NCBI GenBank assembly: GCA_051362555.1 | Contig: CM120645.1 | Span: 2,480,001-2,544,000 of the forward strand | Source: Lingula anatina | Taxonomy: Eukaryota > Animalia > Brachiopoda | Direction: 5' to 3' | DNA: 64,000 nucleotides | In this document: positions 35,335 to 51,000 of the stretch, in pieces | Layout of the letters: every line of letters begins with the position of its first letter | Numbering within the stretch: the first letter of the stretch is position 1 | The notes under the pieces: model-generated | What the model saw: the letters and a program-made list of their open reading frames with translations, nothing else | The model's database searches: none | What the model was told of the DNA's origin: nothing | Program-made: the position numbers and the translations under genes

Positions 35335-37367
35335 GTCTGAGGAGTTTATCTCACCAGTATTTGAAAGTTTCTTCTGGTCTTTGTTACCATTACACTGCAG
35401 GGAAGGGAGATTTCCTGGACTTTATTTTCATAGTTGAGTTGTTTCCCAAAGCAACCAATGGTAGCGAACAAAAGGATTTTCTTTCCCTGTTCCCTCCTCT
35501 CTCTTTCTTATGATGATGCCTTACAATGTTCACCTAAAACAAAACAAATAATAATAATAAATAAATAAATAATCAAATTTCAATTACTTAATTAACAATT
35601 AGTATTGTGTTTGTGTAAATGCTAAGGAATTACGTCAGTGAACACAAAAGTTTATATATTATCTAAGAAGGTGGTAAATAAGGAGCTTTTTGGCTTACCC
35701 TTAATTCTTCTGTTAATCAAGTAATTTAACGTGAACTGACAGATGTACTAGTATAAGAACTGCAGACTGAAAACTTCACTGAAAAAAAGACAGGGAAACT
35801 TCCATTTGTTGAACATGTAAAATTTGAAAAAAATAACCTTACGAAAAAAAATCAGGTGAGGCTGAATAATAGAGCTTAATAGAACTTTTAATTTTTATGT
35901 AATAAAATGCCGCAACAATTTTTCACATTATTATTATTATTATTTTGAGGAGGGGGACCCCCACCCATAGAGGAAGGGGGTGTCCCTCCCTATGCCAACC
36001 CATGGCTGTGCCCACCTGCCGTATATATGGCCCAGCATTTTTTTATTAAGTTCAGCAACTTATTTTCCTTGACGGCGAGTTAACACTGACCACACCCCAT
36101 TAATAGATGGATAAGTCCAAAGCCAGTGCAGATATAATCACCAAAATTCATTTAAAATGTTTGCCGAAATGTCTACTTACAGTGTGTAATCAGTCATAGC
36201 ATCGACAGTGTCCTAATTGACGTGCGAGCGCTCAGGTCATCGTATTGTGAAAGTATTTTTTACCTTTCCTTCCTCACACTTGTTCAACTGATAGGTGTTA
36301 TCAAATTCAAGATAAGACAAAATCGGTAACTTTTTGCTGATAAACATAAACGGTTACCAGGGTGACAATTTAAGTGGATTTTATTTAGAAAAACGAAGGT
36401 ATGTGCAAGATTATCGATATCTTGAGATAAAATGCAATAAAATTAAATAACTTACGTTATTTTCATATCAAGCGATGCGAAAAGGTAACGTTATCACTTG
36501 CGCCATCTTACGGCTTCTAATAAAACGAATGCTGCTGTCAGCCAAAAGTAATATGTCCTCAACGTTGGTTGAATAAGGCAAGGTGGTCATTTCTTGGTAT
36601 ATTGTCCGAAATATTTCTCCAAAATAGTACATTTTAATTACCAGTGGAGTGATTTCAAAGAAGAGAGCGTGTAGGCCTCCCACTTGTATTTGTAGGACTG
36701 CTCGTCGCGTACATATGAGTTGTGAAGAGGGTGAGGAGTGAAAAACCGATATCACTTTCGGTCGGCAAAATTTCTTTGTTTCTACAAGTTTGAGAGACAG
36801 AAAATAATAGTCGTAAATTTAATCATACAAATACAAGAAGTTCGGCGGCACCTTTCCTCTGTTACCTAGATTGCAGCCAATTTTCAACGAAATTTAATTA
36901 TAGTAAAACCAGAGAACTGTCACACAATGTTATATTATGGAAGTGTAACTTTTATGGAAGTTATTTTTCCATGATGTGACTCTCCTTAAAATCCGCCGTG
37001 TTCTTCACAAGTTGAAAAATGTCTTCCACAAACAAAATTATAATCAAAATAACCTGTGGCTAAAAACGCTAAACACGTGAAGGAAAACCAAATGCCGTTT
37101 CTTGGGAGAAAATGCTACTGCACGTGCCTTTCTCCTCTAACACAATATCTTTTCTATAGCCTGTTTGATTGGCGGCAATGCGTGCAGTGCGTGTATGTGT
37201 TGCTTTAAACATGGAGCATGTGGAAACACTAAATAAAACAACGTATGAAGTGGAATTTTTAAAGAGTAAATGTTCCCTAATCTCTAGTATGACCTAAAAT
37301 ATAGTATGTGCAGATGCTTAATTGCTAATTAACATCAGTCCTAAAGCTCAATAATGCTTCTTTTTTA

Positions 37368-37658
37368 GAGGGCCCCATGGGGAGGGGGGGGGAGTGATCA
37401 CATATGCAATAAAATTAATTCACAAATCACAGTATATAATTAAAAATATTCATATCTCATAGAAAATGCAGTTGAAAATCACGTATCGCCTTGTATAAAT
37501 GACTTTGTTTCACAAATTTCAAAGAATAAAAGTGCCGCATTCACGAGTCAAGAGAAATGGGTTCCTCACAGATCTCACTGAATAATATGAAGGTTTCACT
37601 CATCTCGGGAAATAAAAATGACTTTCCTGGGTAACTAAACTACCCAGTGGGACCCTCC
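37368..37658. mobile_element. Possible MITE with short GAGGG(C/T)CCCA termini and internal TCAC repeats
   Basis: GAGGGCCCCA at left and TGGGACCCTC at right, with recurring (T)TCAC motifs inside. Confidence 0.35.
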
Positions 37659-40311
37659 TTATTATACTGTTTTATAATACCAATCAATAAAAATGTAGTA
37701 CAATTTACTAATGGAAAGTTCTTGTAAATCCAGAGAGAGAGAGAGAGAGAACAACCAATATGATGCTTTTCGTTAGTTTTCCATTTTTTATTGATCTTTC
37801 AACAAAATTCATACAAGGCAAAAAGACCATACACCAAATCAGAATATCAATACATCTGATCCTCATAGGAAGAACTGGGAAGCTTTTAAATTGTACATTT
37901 TGAACAAAACACAGAATTGTAGTTGAGAATCTGCTTGAAAATGGAGACAAACACACGTCTAGCTCCGCTTATCAAGCAACATGTAGAGATCTCACATGGG
38001 TCTCTTTCATAATAAAGCTAAGGCAACCCAATGTTTATGTTACATAGGTTGTAATGTATGATACCTCTTGAATATGTGTACACTGTAATATTCAGAAACA
38101 TTGACATTTAAATAAATTACAAAAAAAAAAAAATTAAAAAAAAAACGAACTTGTGCCCAAGTTTTACAGCTATACCAATCAGAATTTTAAAACTAAAACC
38201 CTAAATTCAGCAAACATAATGATGAAGAGTTTGCAAGTCAAAAGAAAATCAAATATTTCAAATGCTGATTGAGCATTAAAAAAATAGCTTCTTGGCTTTA
38301 CTTCAAACCAACAGAGCAACATATTCCATGGAAGAGTAAAATTGCTGATCTTCACAAAAAGAACTCACAACTTGGCATTAAAGTTCAGTAAGGAAAAAAT
38401 ATGTATAGGTGACACAAATTTTGTACCAATTTAAATTTTGTTTCAACATTTTGTGTGAGGAACTAATGTGGGTTTTAACTGCCACTAGTTGTGAGTCTTT
38501 GGTCACAAATCTGCACCAAGGGATGCAAAATTAATATAATATAACTATAAAGGCCTTTTAGGCAAACTAAATCCAATGCAATTTGAAAATGGTAGCACTG
38601 AATACCAAACCATAAAGATTTAATCTTTAATTTTTTTCCATAAACTAACTTCCTCATTTTGCAAAACTTTAAGATTATGTTTTTTTCACTATTTACCAGG
38701 ACTACTAGGTGTATGACCAGAATATCCATATTTTGTACCCCACGTCCTGACCTTCCCACTCTTCAATTCTAAAATCCTTTCCGTTTCCTTGGTAACAAAA
38801 CCCCTCTAACTTGCCATGATGTCACAAGGCAAGCCATCATTTAACATATCTTGCTGTGGGAAATCAGAATCTCTAGCCATACAACCTCCCCCTCTCTCGT
38901 CAGCCAGGAAGTTCCCCAGACGAAATAAACACACACCAGGTGGAGCCACGTGGTCAACAACCTGCAGGTGTTTGATACGAAAAACTAAGAAACTGGTACA
39001 TCTTCCTTTTAACACTGACAAGAGAGAGGTCACTACCATGGTTATTTGTATACCTTTTATTGTAAGTTTCACATGGGCTTAATCTGCATTTCATTGTGCA
39101 GATTGATGAGAAGGGTAGTACTTAGCACCTTGCATGGGTTTGTAATTCTACCTTAAAACAATATTACAATCTACGAATCTCATCCATGGATTGCTTTTTG
39201 TACTTCGAAAACTACTTTGGCAGACTAGAGCTTTAATTTCCTCTTCAAACATTAACATACTGGAGACTAGACTCATCATCTAGACTTGCTCAGTAACAAT
39301 TTACAAACTAAGAAGAGATGACAGCTGAGAGCGAAGATCCCCCCCCCCCTTTCACTTTACAAACTCTCCAAGTCCCTCTCCATTTCTGTTGTGTTAACAC
39401 CTTAATCTATATACAGTACAACAACAGAAGAACCCTTCCTTTTTAACTTTATCAGCCATATCCGGTTTGACTAAGAACAAGTCTGACTTGAATTTTACAC
39501 TTCCGTTTTTTACAGATTCTACGACTTAAAACACAGCACTGAGATCAAGTGGAAAATTGCATTACAGAAAAACTAGCCACAGGCTTACAATGGAGCTTTG
39601 AAGTTAACTAGAGCCTCACAGTAATGGCTATGTCCCAACCTCTTAGGCACTGTTTAATACGTAACCAAGCTCATGTTGCTGAACTTGTGTTGTTGTTAAA
39701 TGCTAGACCTGTAGTTTTAACTTGTGCCTTCTCTTAGATGAAATTATCTTCTGTATAAGATAGTTTGTATTTTTAAACACCCATTTTTTTTGGTGCTCCT
39801 ATAAGCCTGACCCTGTGTTTCACAACTTAGATAAAACCCAACTGTTACTATATCTAGTTACAGTAGGACAAATGCATTATAAGTTAAGACACACAGGGTT
39901 TGTCCCTACGAACATTTAAACTATGGCTTAAGACACATTATGCAGAGTAAGGGCCCTTAATAAGACCACAGCTAATAGATATCCACTTGAAAGTGTCTCC
40001 ATGCACAGTTAAGCAAGAGATGTTTTTACTGCCCTGGGTATTACAAGGTATTTCACCACCAGCTAGGTTTGACATAAGACTACAATGTCATGCTTTAACA
40101 CACAAGTTAAGGCAACATGTATGAACGAGTTTTGTATATTAAGCAAATTGAGATCACATGTAACTATACACAGGAGTCCAGTCCATGTATGACATAGAAC
40201 AAAGAACATGTAATGCGAATGCTCTGGTGTGAGCGCGAGTGTTTATAAGGCTGCTTTGTCACGCAGTGTGGCCTTAAGGAGTCATACTCTCGTGTTCAGC
40301 CAGTGTTTGAG

Positions 40312-43721
<3,410 letters not shown>

Positions 43722-45143
43722 CTGCAAAAGGAACAATAATTTCCCATTAAATATCTGCAAAATCTCTGTGATCAAATTGCATACATTTTTATGACATAAA
43801 GAAATAACAAATTGAATTATTTACATTTTTTCCCCAACAAAATATAATTTCAATCAATTAGGCTTGTGTTAAAAAAAGCTCTCAGATTGTTTTCATACAG
43901 CTTAAAAGCATAATTTATTTTCTTTTAAATAGTTTCATTCTAAATAGCTAAAAAATTATGCTGCAATAGACAATCTAAACTTAGTGCCTCCATCAGGCGA
44001 CCAAACTTCATTAATATTCTACAGGAGTTTTTTGGCCAAGTGTCAGACAATACAATGTGACAGCAAATAAGTGGGGCCCTCATTTAGTATGCCAGGGGCA
44101 TCCATCTGCTGCATATGAAGAGTATGATTCAATGCAGACAACTCTTGCAGAACTACCTTTAACAATACATGTTACTCAACGTGATTCTTTTTAAGCCAGT
44201 CTTAAGGGATAGACCAAAGATTTACTCTATGCTGCCTGCTATATTCTCCATATCGACTGAGATCTTTCTAAGAAGTTAAGATATTATAGCCCATTCCTGT
44301 AATAATTCAATCTCAAATTCTACTTTGACAGAAATATGAGCAACTGTTTACTGCCTATGTCAATATTTTTCCAAAGCTTCTTGACATTTTTTGAGTGCAC
44401 TGCTAAGGTAAACGGTCTCAAAGGGTTTAAACGTACTGACATATCCTTAAATCTGGAACTGCCAAGAGAAAAAATATTCAAAACTTGCCCAGGGAGAAAA
44501 ATTAAAGATTAGGAAATGCCATACTTTGTGTAGTAAGTCGATTTGCCCTCTCTTGCAGTTAATCTGCTAAAAGAGCAAATACATGCCATGGTAATGTCAA
44601 AATTGGTCTTAAAAACAGAAGAAGAAAAAGAAAAATCTACAGTACATAAAAGATGCATGCCATGTCTGTTTTTTTTTTTACAAGAATCTTAACAAAAATA
44701 ACGATGGACTTGTTTGATAATGAATGAAATCCCCTCTCATCTCGTCTTTCCTTGCACGACATCGTAATCATGCCCTTTAAGGGAAGTCCATTACCTACAC
44801 AAAAGACTAGTTTATCTTACGACAGGTTCTAAGAAATCACCGTCATACGGTTTATAGCTTAGAGAAAAACTACTGCATAATAACACACAATATAACAGTC
44901 AGCTGACGTGAAACTTCCAACATCTGCCACTTTTATATATTTATTCCAAATACATCTTTCTTTTTGGTTCTCCCTTGATGTGACAGTTAAATAGACTGTT
45001 TTAATCACTTCCCTCCTACCTCTAAGCAACTTAAAGACCAGACATATTCCTGTACAATGTTGCAGATACACAGAAAAAAAATGTTCAGATTCAGAACAAG
45101 AAGTTATTTGCAAACTGATTCTGCACTTGCTGCACCATTCATC

Positions 45144-45383
45144 AAGTCCAGAATCTACGAAAAGGGACAATATTTTCACTCAGTGACGGGACACAAACAA
45201 ATTAAGTCCAGAATCTTAGAAAAGGGACAATATTTTTCACTCAGTGACGGGACACAAACAAATGAAGTCCACAATCTACGAAAAGGGACAATATTTTCAC
45301 TCAGTGATGGGACACAAACAAATTAAGTCCAGAATCTTAGAAAAGGGGCAATATTTTCACTCAGTGACAGGGCACAAACAAAT
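45144..45383. repeat. Minisatellite, 4 x ~60 bp with alternating A/B units
   Basis: Unit AAGTCCAGAATCT(ACG|TAG)AAAAGGGACAATATTTTCACTCAGTGACGGGACACAAACAAAT(T|G). Units 1 and 3 have CTACG, units 2 and 4 have CTTAG. Confidence 0.9.
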
Positions 45384-46212
45384 AAAGAAGCATGTTGTAC
45401 CTAATGGGGTTTGCTACACCTGTATTTGCCTGTCAGTCTGCAGCTGTCGGGTTACTAAGAAGGTGATATAATAACATGTCAACCAGTTGTTAGCAAACAA
45501 TTAGCCCTCTCCAAACAATGAGCTATATATCTAAACAGTGAACTGTGTGACAGAATGTGGCCAGCTGATAAAAATGCTGATGTTAATCATCCAGACTTTT
45601 CGGACAACGGTCAGGTAGTTTAGTTATATAATAAACGGATAGAAAATGGACATCATGGGAAGCATGTATCAATTTCTGTTGTCATTTACAGACACACTAA
45701 CTAGGATCTTTTTGTGGTCCTTTCACATCGCGTAGATTTCACATCACAAATTTTTCTTGTTCATTTCACATTGCGTACATTTCTTTTCAATTCACTGGTG
45801 AGTACACTCCAGGTCATTACACAATCTATGGACTTGTCTGTACATACTTAAGCGCTTTCTCTCCCATTTATGACGTCACGGAATCTCCAGACCGTAAATA
45901 CGGACAATACATCCTGCGTTGTGCAAAATATTTTCTTCTCGTACCTCCATCTTTGACATTTTACTCTCACTTATTGTGCTTTACACTCCCTCAATTTAAA
46001 CATGGCTAGGAATAACTACATCAAGTGTGCTCTTCACTCGTCCTTCCTGTTTTTATTTATCAATACCTTCATTCCTGGGTCTTATTATATCATACGCCCC
46101 CTCATTTATATATATTTATATATAACATATGTAAGAGTACTCCTTTTCACAATTCTTTCTCCCATCCCTTATCCTGTTTACACCATTACCATTTCTTTAT
46201 AAACAGAACTAT

Positions 46213-46826
46213 TGTAACGATTTTACATAGCCTTAAAATTCATGGTAAAATTGCCGCAGTAAGCTTTAGCCTTTTGTTTACATTCTTGTGTGTGTTGAAC
46301 TTTGAACCTTAAGTTGGAATGGCTTGTAAGTGGTATCAGTTTACGAAAGAGGGGATTGTGGTGTCTAGTAGAGGGGTTGGCGGTCAACCATTCAAGGCCG
46401 TCCACTTTTACTCTGGCTGCCAGTCAAAGTAGCAGTGAACCATTCAAGGCCGTCCACTTTTGAAATGTATAAATACAGCTGCTCTTCGCAGTGTTGTTCA
46501 GTTAGAGTTCAGTTAGAGTTACTGTAGAGTATAGTGGCAGTACTCAGTGAGAGTATAGTGTCAGACTTAGTTTCACAACTTAGTTTGAGTCAGTTTCACA
46601 ATATAGTTCCAGTTAGTTTATTGTAGCTGAGTTGCAGTTGTTTAAATTAGAAGTACAGCAGTACAGCAAGAATAGAGACAGTGTTTAGTAAAAGATACAG
46701 AAACATGTACATTTGTGTTGAGAGTTATTCGTAGAAATAAAGTTTACAAAACAGAGACCTTGTTTTGTTGGTGGCAGCGAAGTAAGAGAACCGTACACTG
46801 GTGGCAGAAAAGCGAAGACCTTTACA
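46213..46826 (+). repeat. 5' LTR
   Basis: TGTAACG..TTTACA, with a duplicated 24-bp AACCATTCAAGGCCGTCCACTTTT, a TATAAATA box and AATAAA near the 3' end. Confidence 0.95.
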
Positions 46827-46827
46827 C

Positions 46828-46846
46828 TGGTGGCAAGCGCTGGGAT
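46828..46846 (+). other. Primer-binding site, tRNA-Leu type
   Basis: TGGTGGCAAGCGCTGGGAT versus the complement of the metazoan tRNA-Leu(AAG/TAG) 3' end, TGGTGGCAGCGGTGGGAT. Confidence 0.75.
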
Positions 46847-46896
46847 ACAGACTTTAACACGCCAAGAGAAAAGCTCAAGAAATCAAGAAATTCAAA

Positions 46897-48024
46897 ATGC
46901 CTCCTAAAAAGGACAACAGATCTGACCAGGAGGAAGTGAGAAACCTGGAGGAACAGTTAGAAGAAGCCTGCAGAGCTCTTGAAGCTGAAAAAGAAAATTC
47001 TACTCACAGAATACAAGTTGCTGTAGAAGAAGCAGAGGCAGAGAAAGAAAGATTAATTAGAAAAGCAAAAGAAAATGCGGACATCTTAGAGGCACGTGCT
47101 GAGGCTGCAGAACAGAGAGTCAGAGCCCTAGAGCGACAGAAAGAGACAGAAATAGAACACAGAGCCCAGAATGAACGCATATCAGAAACAATAACCCCTA
47201 CACTTACCCCATTTCACAGAATTAACGGCCGTAGTAACTTTGAAATACCTTTGCCCAGACAGACTCTCTTTAGTGGGAAAGAATCCTGGGAGGGTTTCAT
47301 TGAGCCATTCAAAGCACTAAGCCAGACTTGTGAATGGAGTGAGTCTGAGAAACTGTTTAGATTATGTAACAGTCTGCGTGGTGAGGCTGCTGATTTCGCC
47401 TTTGTGCAGTTGTCAGCAGAAGTGGTAAATTCCTACCCTCTGCTACAGAGGGCATTGCAAAACCGATTTCAAGAAAAGCGTACTACAAACTCCTATCTAT
47501 CAGAGCTAGAGAATAGAAAGCTTAGTTCAAGAGAGAAATTGCCAGAGTACATCTCAGATATTAGAAAGTTGGTGTTAAAAGGTTACCCGACGGCTGACTG
47601 CACCACCCGTGAGACCATCGCACTACGCCATTTCATAAAAGGGTTGCCAGACCATCAAGCCGCCGTGGCAGTGGGCATGAAAACGCCCAAAAATCTAGAC
47701 GAAGCAAGGGAGGCCCTTGAAATGTATAACAGTCTAAGAGAAGAGGCAGTGAAAAGACCAAGTGTTAGGGCAGCAAATCCTGAGGCTGTTGTAACAGAAA
47801 GTCAGCTACACCAGCTTGAAAAGAAGTTTGACAAGAAGTTAGATGAAATTAAAGACTTGATAATGAAAGAGAAAGCAAAAGACACGAAAAGTCCTCCACC
47901 ACCCAAGTCAGAAAATTGGAAAAACAACATAGAGTGTTTCAAGTGCCATAGATATGGGCATCTGGCAAGAGAATGCAAGGCACCTGTGAAAGAGGCTCCG
48001 CATGTAAACAACCAGGGAAACTGA
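46897..48024 (+). CDS. gag: Gypsy Gag (coiled coil, capsid, CCHC zinc knuckle)
   Basis: 375-aa ORF with CFKCHRYGHLAREC and a capsid-like FSGKESWEGF..LRGEAA region. Confidence 0.92.
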   Translation: MPPKKDNRSDQEEVRNLEEQLEEACRALEAEKENSTHRIQVAVEEAEAEKERLIRKAKENADILEARAEAAEQRVRALERQKETEIEHRAQNERISETITPTLTPFHRINGRSNFEIPLPRQTLFSGKESWEGFIEPFKALSQTCEWSESEKLFRLCNSLRGEAADFAFVQLSAEVVNSYPLLQRALQNRFQEKRTTNSYLSELENRKLSSREKLPEYISDIRKLVLKGYPTADCTTRETIALRHFIKGLPDHQAAVAVGMKTPKNLDEAREALEMYNSLREEAVKRPSVRAANPEAVVTESQLHQLEKKFDKKLDEIKDLIMKEKAKDTKSPPPPKSENWKNNIECFKCHRYGHLARECKAPVKEAPHVNNQGN

Positions 48025-51000
48025 GAAGGGGCATTCCAGCCGGCCAGAATGAACCCCTAAAAACACCTGTTGACAGTGACATTGAAACCGTTAGTTGTAG
48101 AAATGCTAGTGTTTCTTGGCCAGTGAAGATTCAGGGCCAAGAAGTGAACTTTATTGTAGACACTGGTGCGTCAAAAACAATTATAGCTACCCACATTTAT
48201 GAACGAATTCCCCATGATTTTAGACCTGAACTGAAAAAGACTCATAGAAAATTGCAGTTGCAGGTTGCAGACAGTAGAAACATTGAAATTGAAGGCCATG
48301 TAGAAATAAAATTTCAGTCTGGTGAAGAAGTGTTTATTTGGGACATGCTTGTAGCAAAAATAAAGGACGATGGTTTGTTAGGAATGGACTTCCTGTGCCA
48401 TCATGATTTTTCACTGGGTGTGAACGGACTGAAACTTAATGGGAAGAGAGTGCCCTGTTTGGTTGAGAGGGAACCAAAGCATGCCTTTAGAGTGACAGTG
48501 ACTAATGACGTTATTATTCCTGCAAACAGTGAGTTGATCATAGAAGGGACAGTTGATTCTAGCAAAATAAAATCAGGATTGGGACTGGTAGAGGCAATTC
48601 CAGAGAAGTCAAGTGATTTTCTGATCGGACATGTGCTAGTTGATCCTTTCAGAAGAGACAATAAAATACCTGTGAGACTCCTTAACCCTTCTAATGAAAA
48701 CATTTCACTTTTGAAAGACACCTGCGTTGCTCATTTACATGAAGTAGACCATGTGATTGGTGATAAACTTGAAGATAGCCTTTCTGTGCCCACCTTACGA
48801 GCAGACTTAACCCCTGGTAAACAAAAGTCAGACTTAACCCTTCATAGCCCAGAATTGCCCGAGTACCTGGCTGACCTCTATAAACGGTCAGGTGAGAATT
48901 TGATTGACTTTGAAAGATGTGAATTAAAGAAACTCCTGCAGAAGCACAGTGATGTTTTTGCCAAATCTTCCAGTGACATGGGTCACACATCTGTCGTGAA
49001 GCATAAGATCGTCACTGGTGATGCAAGACCCATAAAACAGCAGCCCAGAAGACCCCCTAGAGCGTTTGCTGGGGAAGAAGAGAAAATTATTCAGGAACAG
49101 CTCCAAAATGGTGTTATTAGAGAGTCCACCTCACCTTGGTCATCTCCACTAGTTTATGTCAAGAAAAAGGATGGAACAACAAGACCCTGTGTTGACTATA
49201 GACGCTTAAATGATGTAACAGTGAAAGATGCTTACCCTCTTCCTCGAATAAATGACTGTTTAGACTCTCTTGGTGGTTCAATTTTCTTCTCAATAGCTGA
49301 TTGCCAGAGCGGGTATTATCAAATCGAGGTAGCAGAAGAAGATAAGCCAAAGACTGCATTTGTGACCAGAAATGGTTTATACGAATACAATGTTATGCCT
49401 TTTGGTCTTTCCAACTCTCCTTCAACTTTCGAACGGTGTATGGAACTGATTTTACGTGGTTTGCAGTGGCAGACAGTGTTGATTTACCTTGATGACATTA
49501 TTGTGTTTGGTAAATCGTTTGAAGAACACTATAAGAGACTTGACGAGGTTTTTAATCGTCTTGGAAAAGCAGGGCTAAAACTGAAGCCAAGCAAATGCAG
49601 GTTGTTTCAAACTGAAGTTCAGTTTTTGGGACATGTAGTGACTCAAGATGGCGTTAAACCAGATCCTGAGAAGGTAGACTGTATAAAGAAATGGCCAATT
49701 CCCAGGAACCTGACTGACGTACGTAGTTTTCTAGGACTGTGCTCATATTATCGTAGATTTATAAAAGGATTTTCAACAAGAGCTGCTCCAATTAATTACC
49801 TGCTCCAGGCCGGCCAGGCGTTTACTTGGACGGACTCTTGTCAGACAGCATTTGAGGACCTCAAAAGTGCCCTTACAGGTAATGAGGTAATGGCGTATCC
49901 GAGAGACGAAGGACTGTATATTCTCGACACTGATGCTTCAGCCACGGGCATTGGTGCCGTTTTATCTCAGTTACAGTGGTGTGAGAAGACCCAGAAAGAA
50001 ATAGAGAAACCAGTCGCGTATGCAAGTAAGTCATTGACGAAAACTCAACGCCGTTACTGCGTGACTAGAAAAGAACTGCTTGCCGTTGTTACCTTTGTTC
50101 AACAATTCAGACACCATTTATTGGGTAGACAGTTTTTGGTACGAAGCGATCACAGTGCCCTCCGATGGGTTATGTCCTTTAAGGAGCCCAATGATCAGAT
50201 GGCCAGATGGCTGGAAGTGCTATCACAGTATGATTTTAAAATAGAACACCGAGCAGGGGCCAGACACGGTAACGCAGATGCAATATCGAGATTTCCATGC
50301 GACCCAGATGAGTGTACATGCTATGATGGGGAGTCCATTTTAAGAAAATTGCCATGCGAGGGTTGCGTACAGTGTAAGAAGAAACATGAACAATGGTCCA
50401 GATATCTGGAAGAAGAAGTCGTCCCTTTAGTAACCAGAAGAATGACAGAAAACCGAAAGAAAGAACCAAAATCAGACAATGGAGTCTGTGGCAGTGGTCA
50501 AGTATCGGGAAACCAAGGAAAATGTCCAGTAAAACGTGTGTATACAGCAGCTTGTTCAGTTTTATTGACAGGCCTTTACACCCTACTGACATTGTTCTTT
50601 GCAATCCTGAGCTGGGTGACCATGAAATTCAAGTGTATCTTTAAGGAAGTTAGAGCACTTTCTCTTCGAAGGATGAGAGTTTCCAAGAAAAAGGAAGTGC
50701 TGCCTAGAGAAAACTTGACATTCAAGGATCAAGATTTTTCTCATGGTGATGAAGATACAGATCTCAGTGAATCTGAGAGTGACAGAGATAGACTTCCAGC
50801 CGAGTGGCTGGGCAGTTACACTGTGAATGAATTGTTTAATTTGCAGCGTAAAGACCCCGAGTTGAAGACTGTGTTGGACTGGAAGGAACAGTCATCACAG
50901 AGACCAGAGAGAGATAAAGTGGCCGCAGAAAGTCCTGCAGTACGACAGTTATGGTTGCTTTGGGACCAACTTGTGCTGCAGGAGGGCATTTTATATACGA

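Noticed and set aside
8604-35513. Many short plus-strand ORFs overlapping the ROCO exons, similar between copies
   Set aside because: They are antisense shadows of the paralogous coding sequence, with no independent domain signal.
45144-45383. CRISPR-like array
   Set aside because: Units are contiguous tandem copies without unique spacers, the context is a eukaryotic intron, and there are no cas genes.
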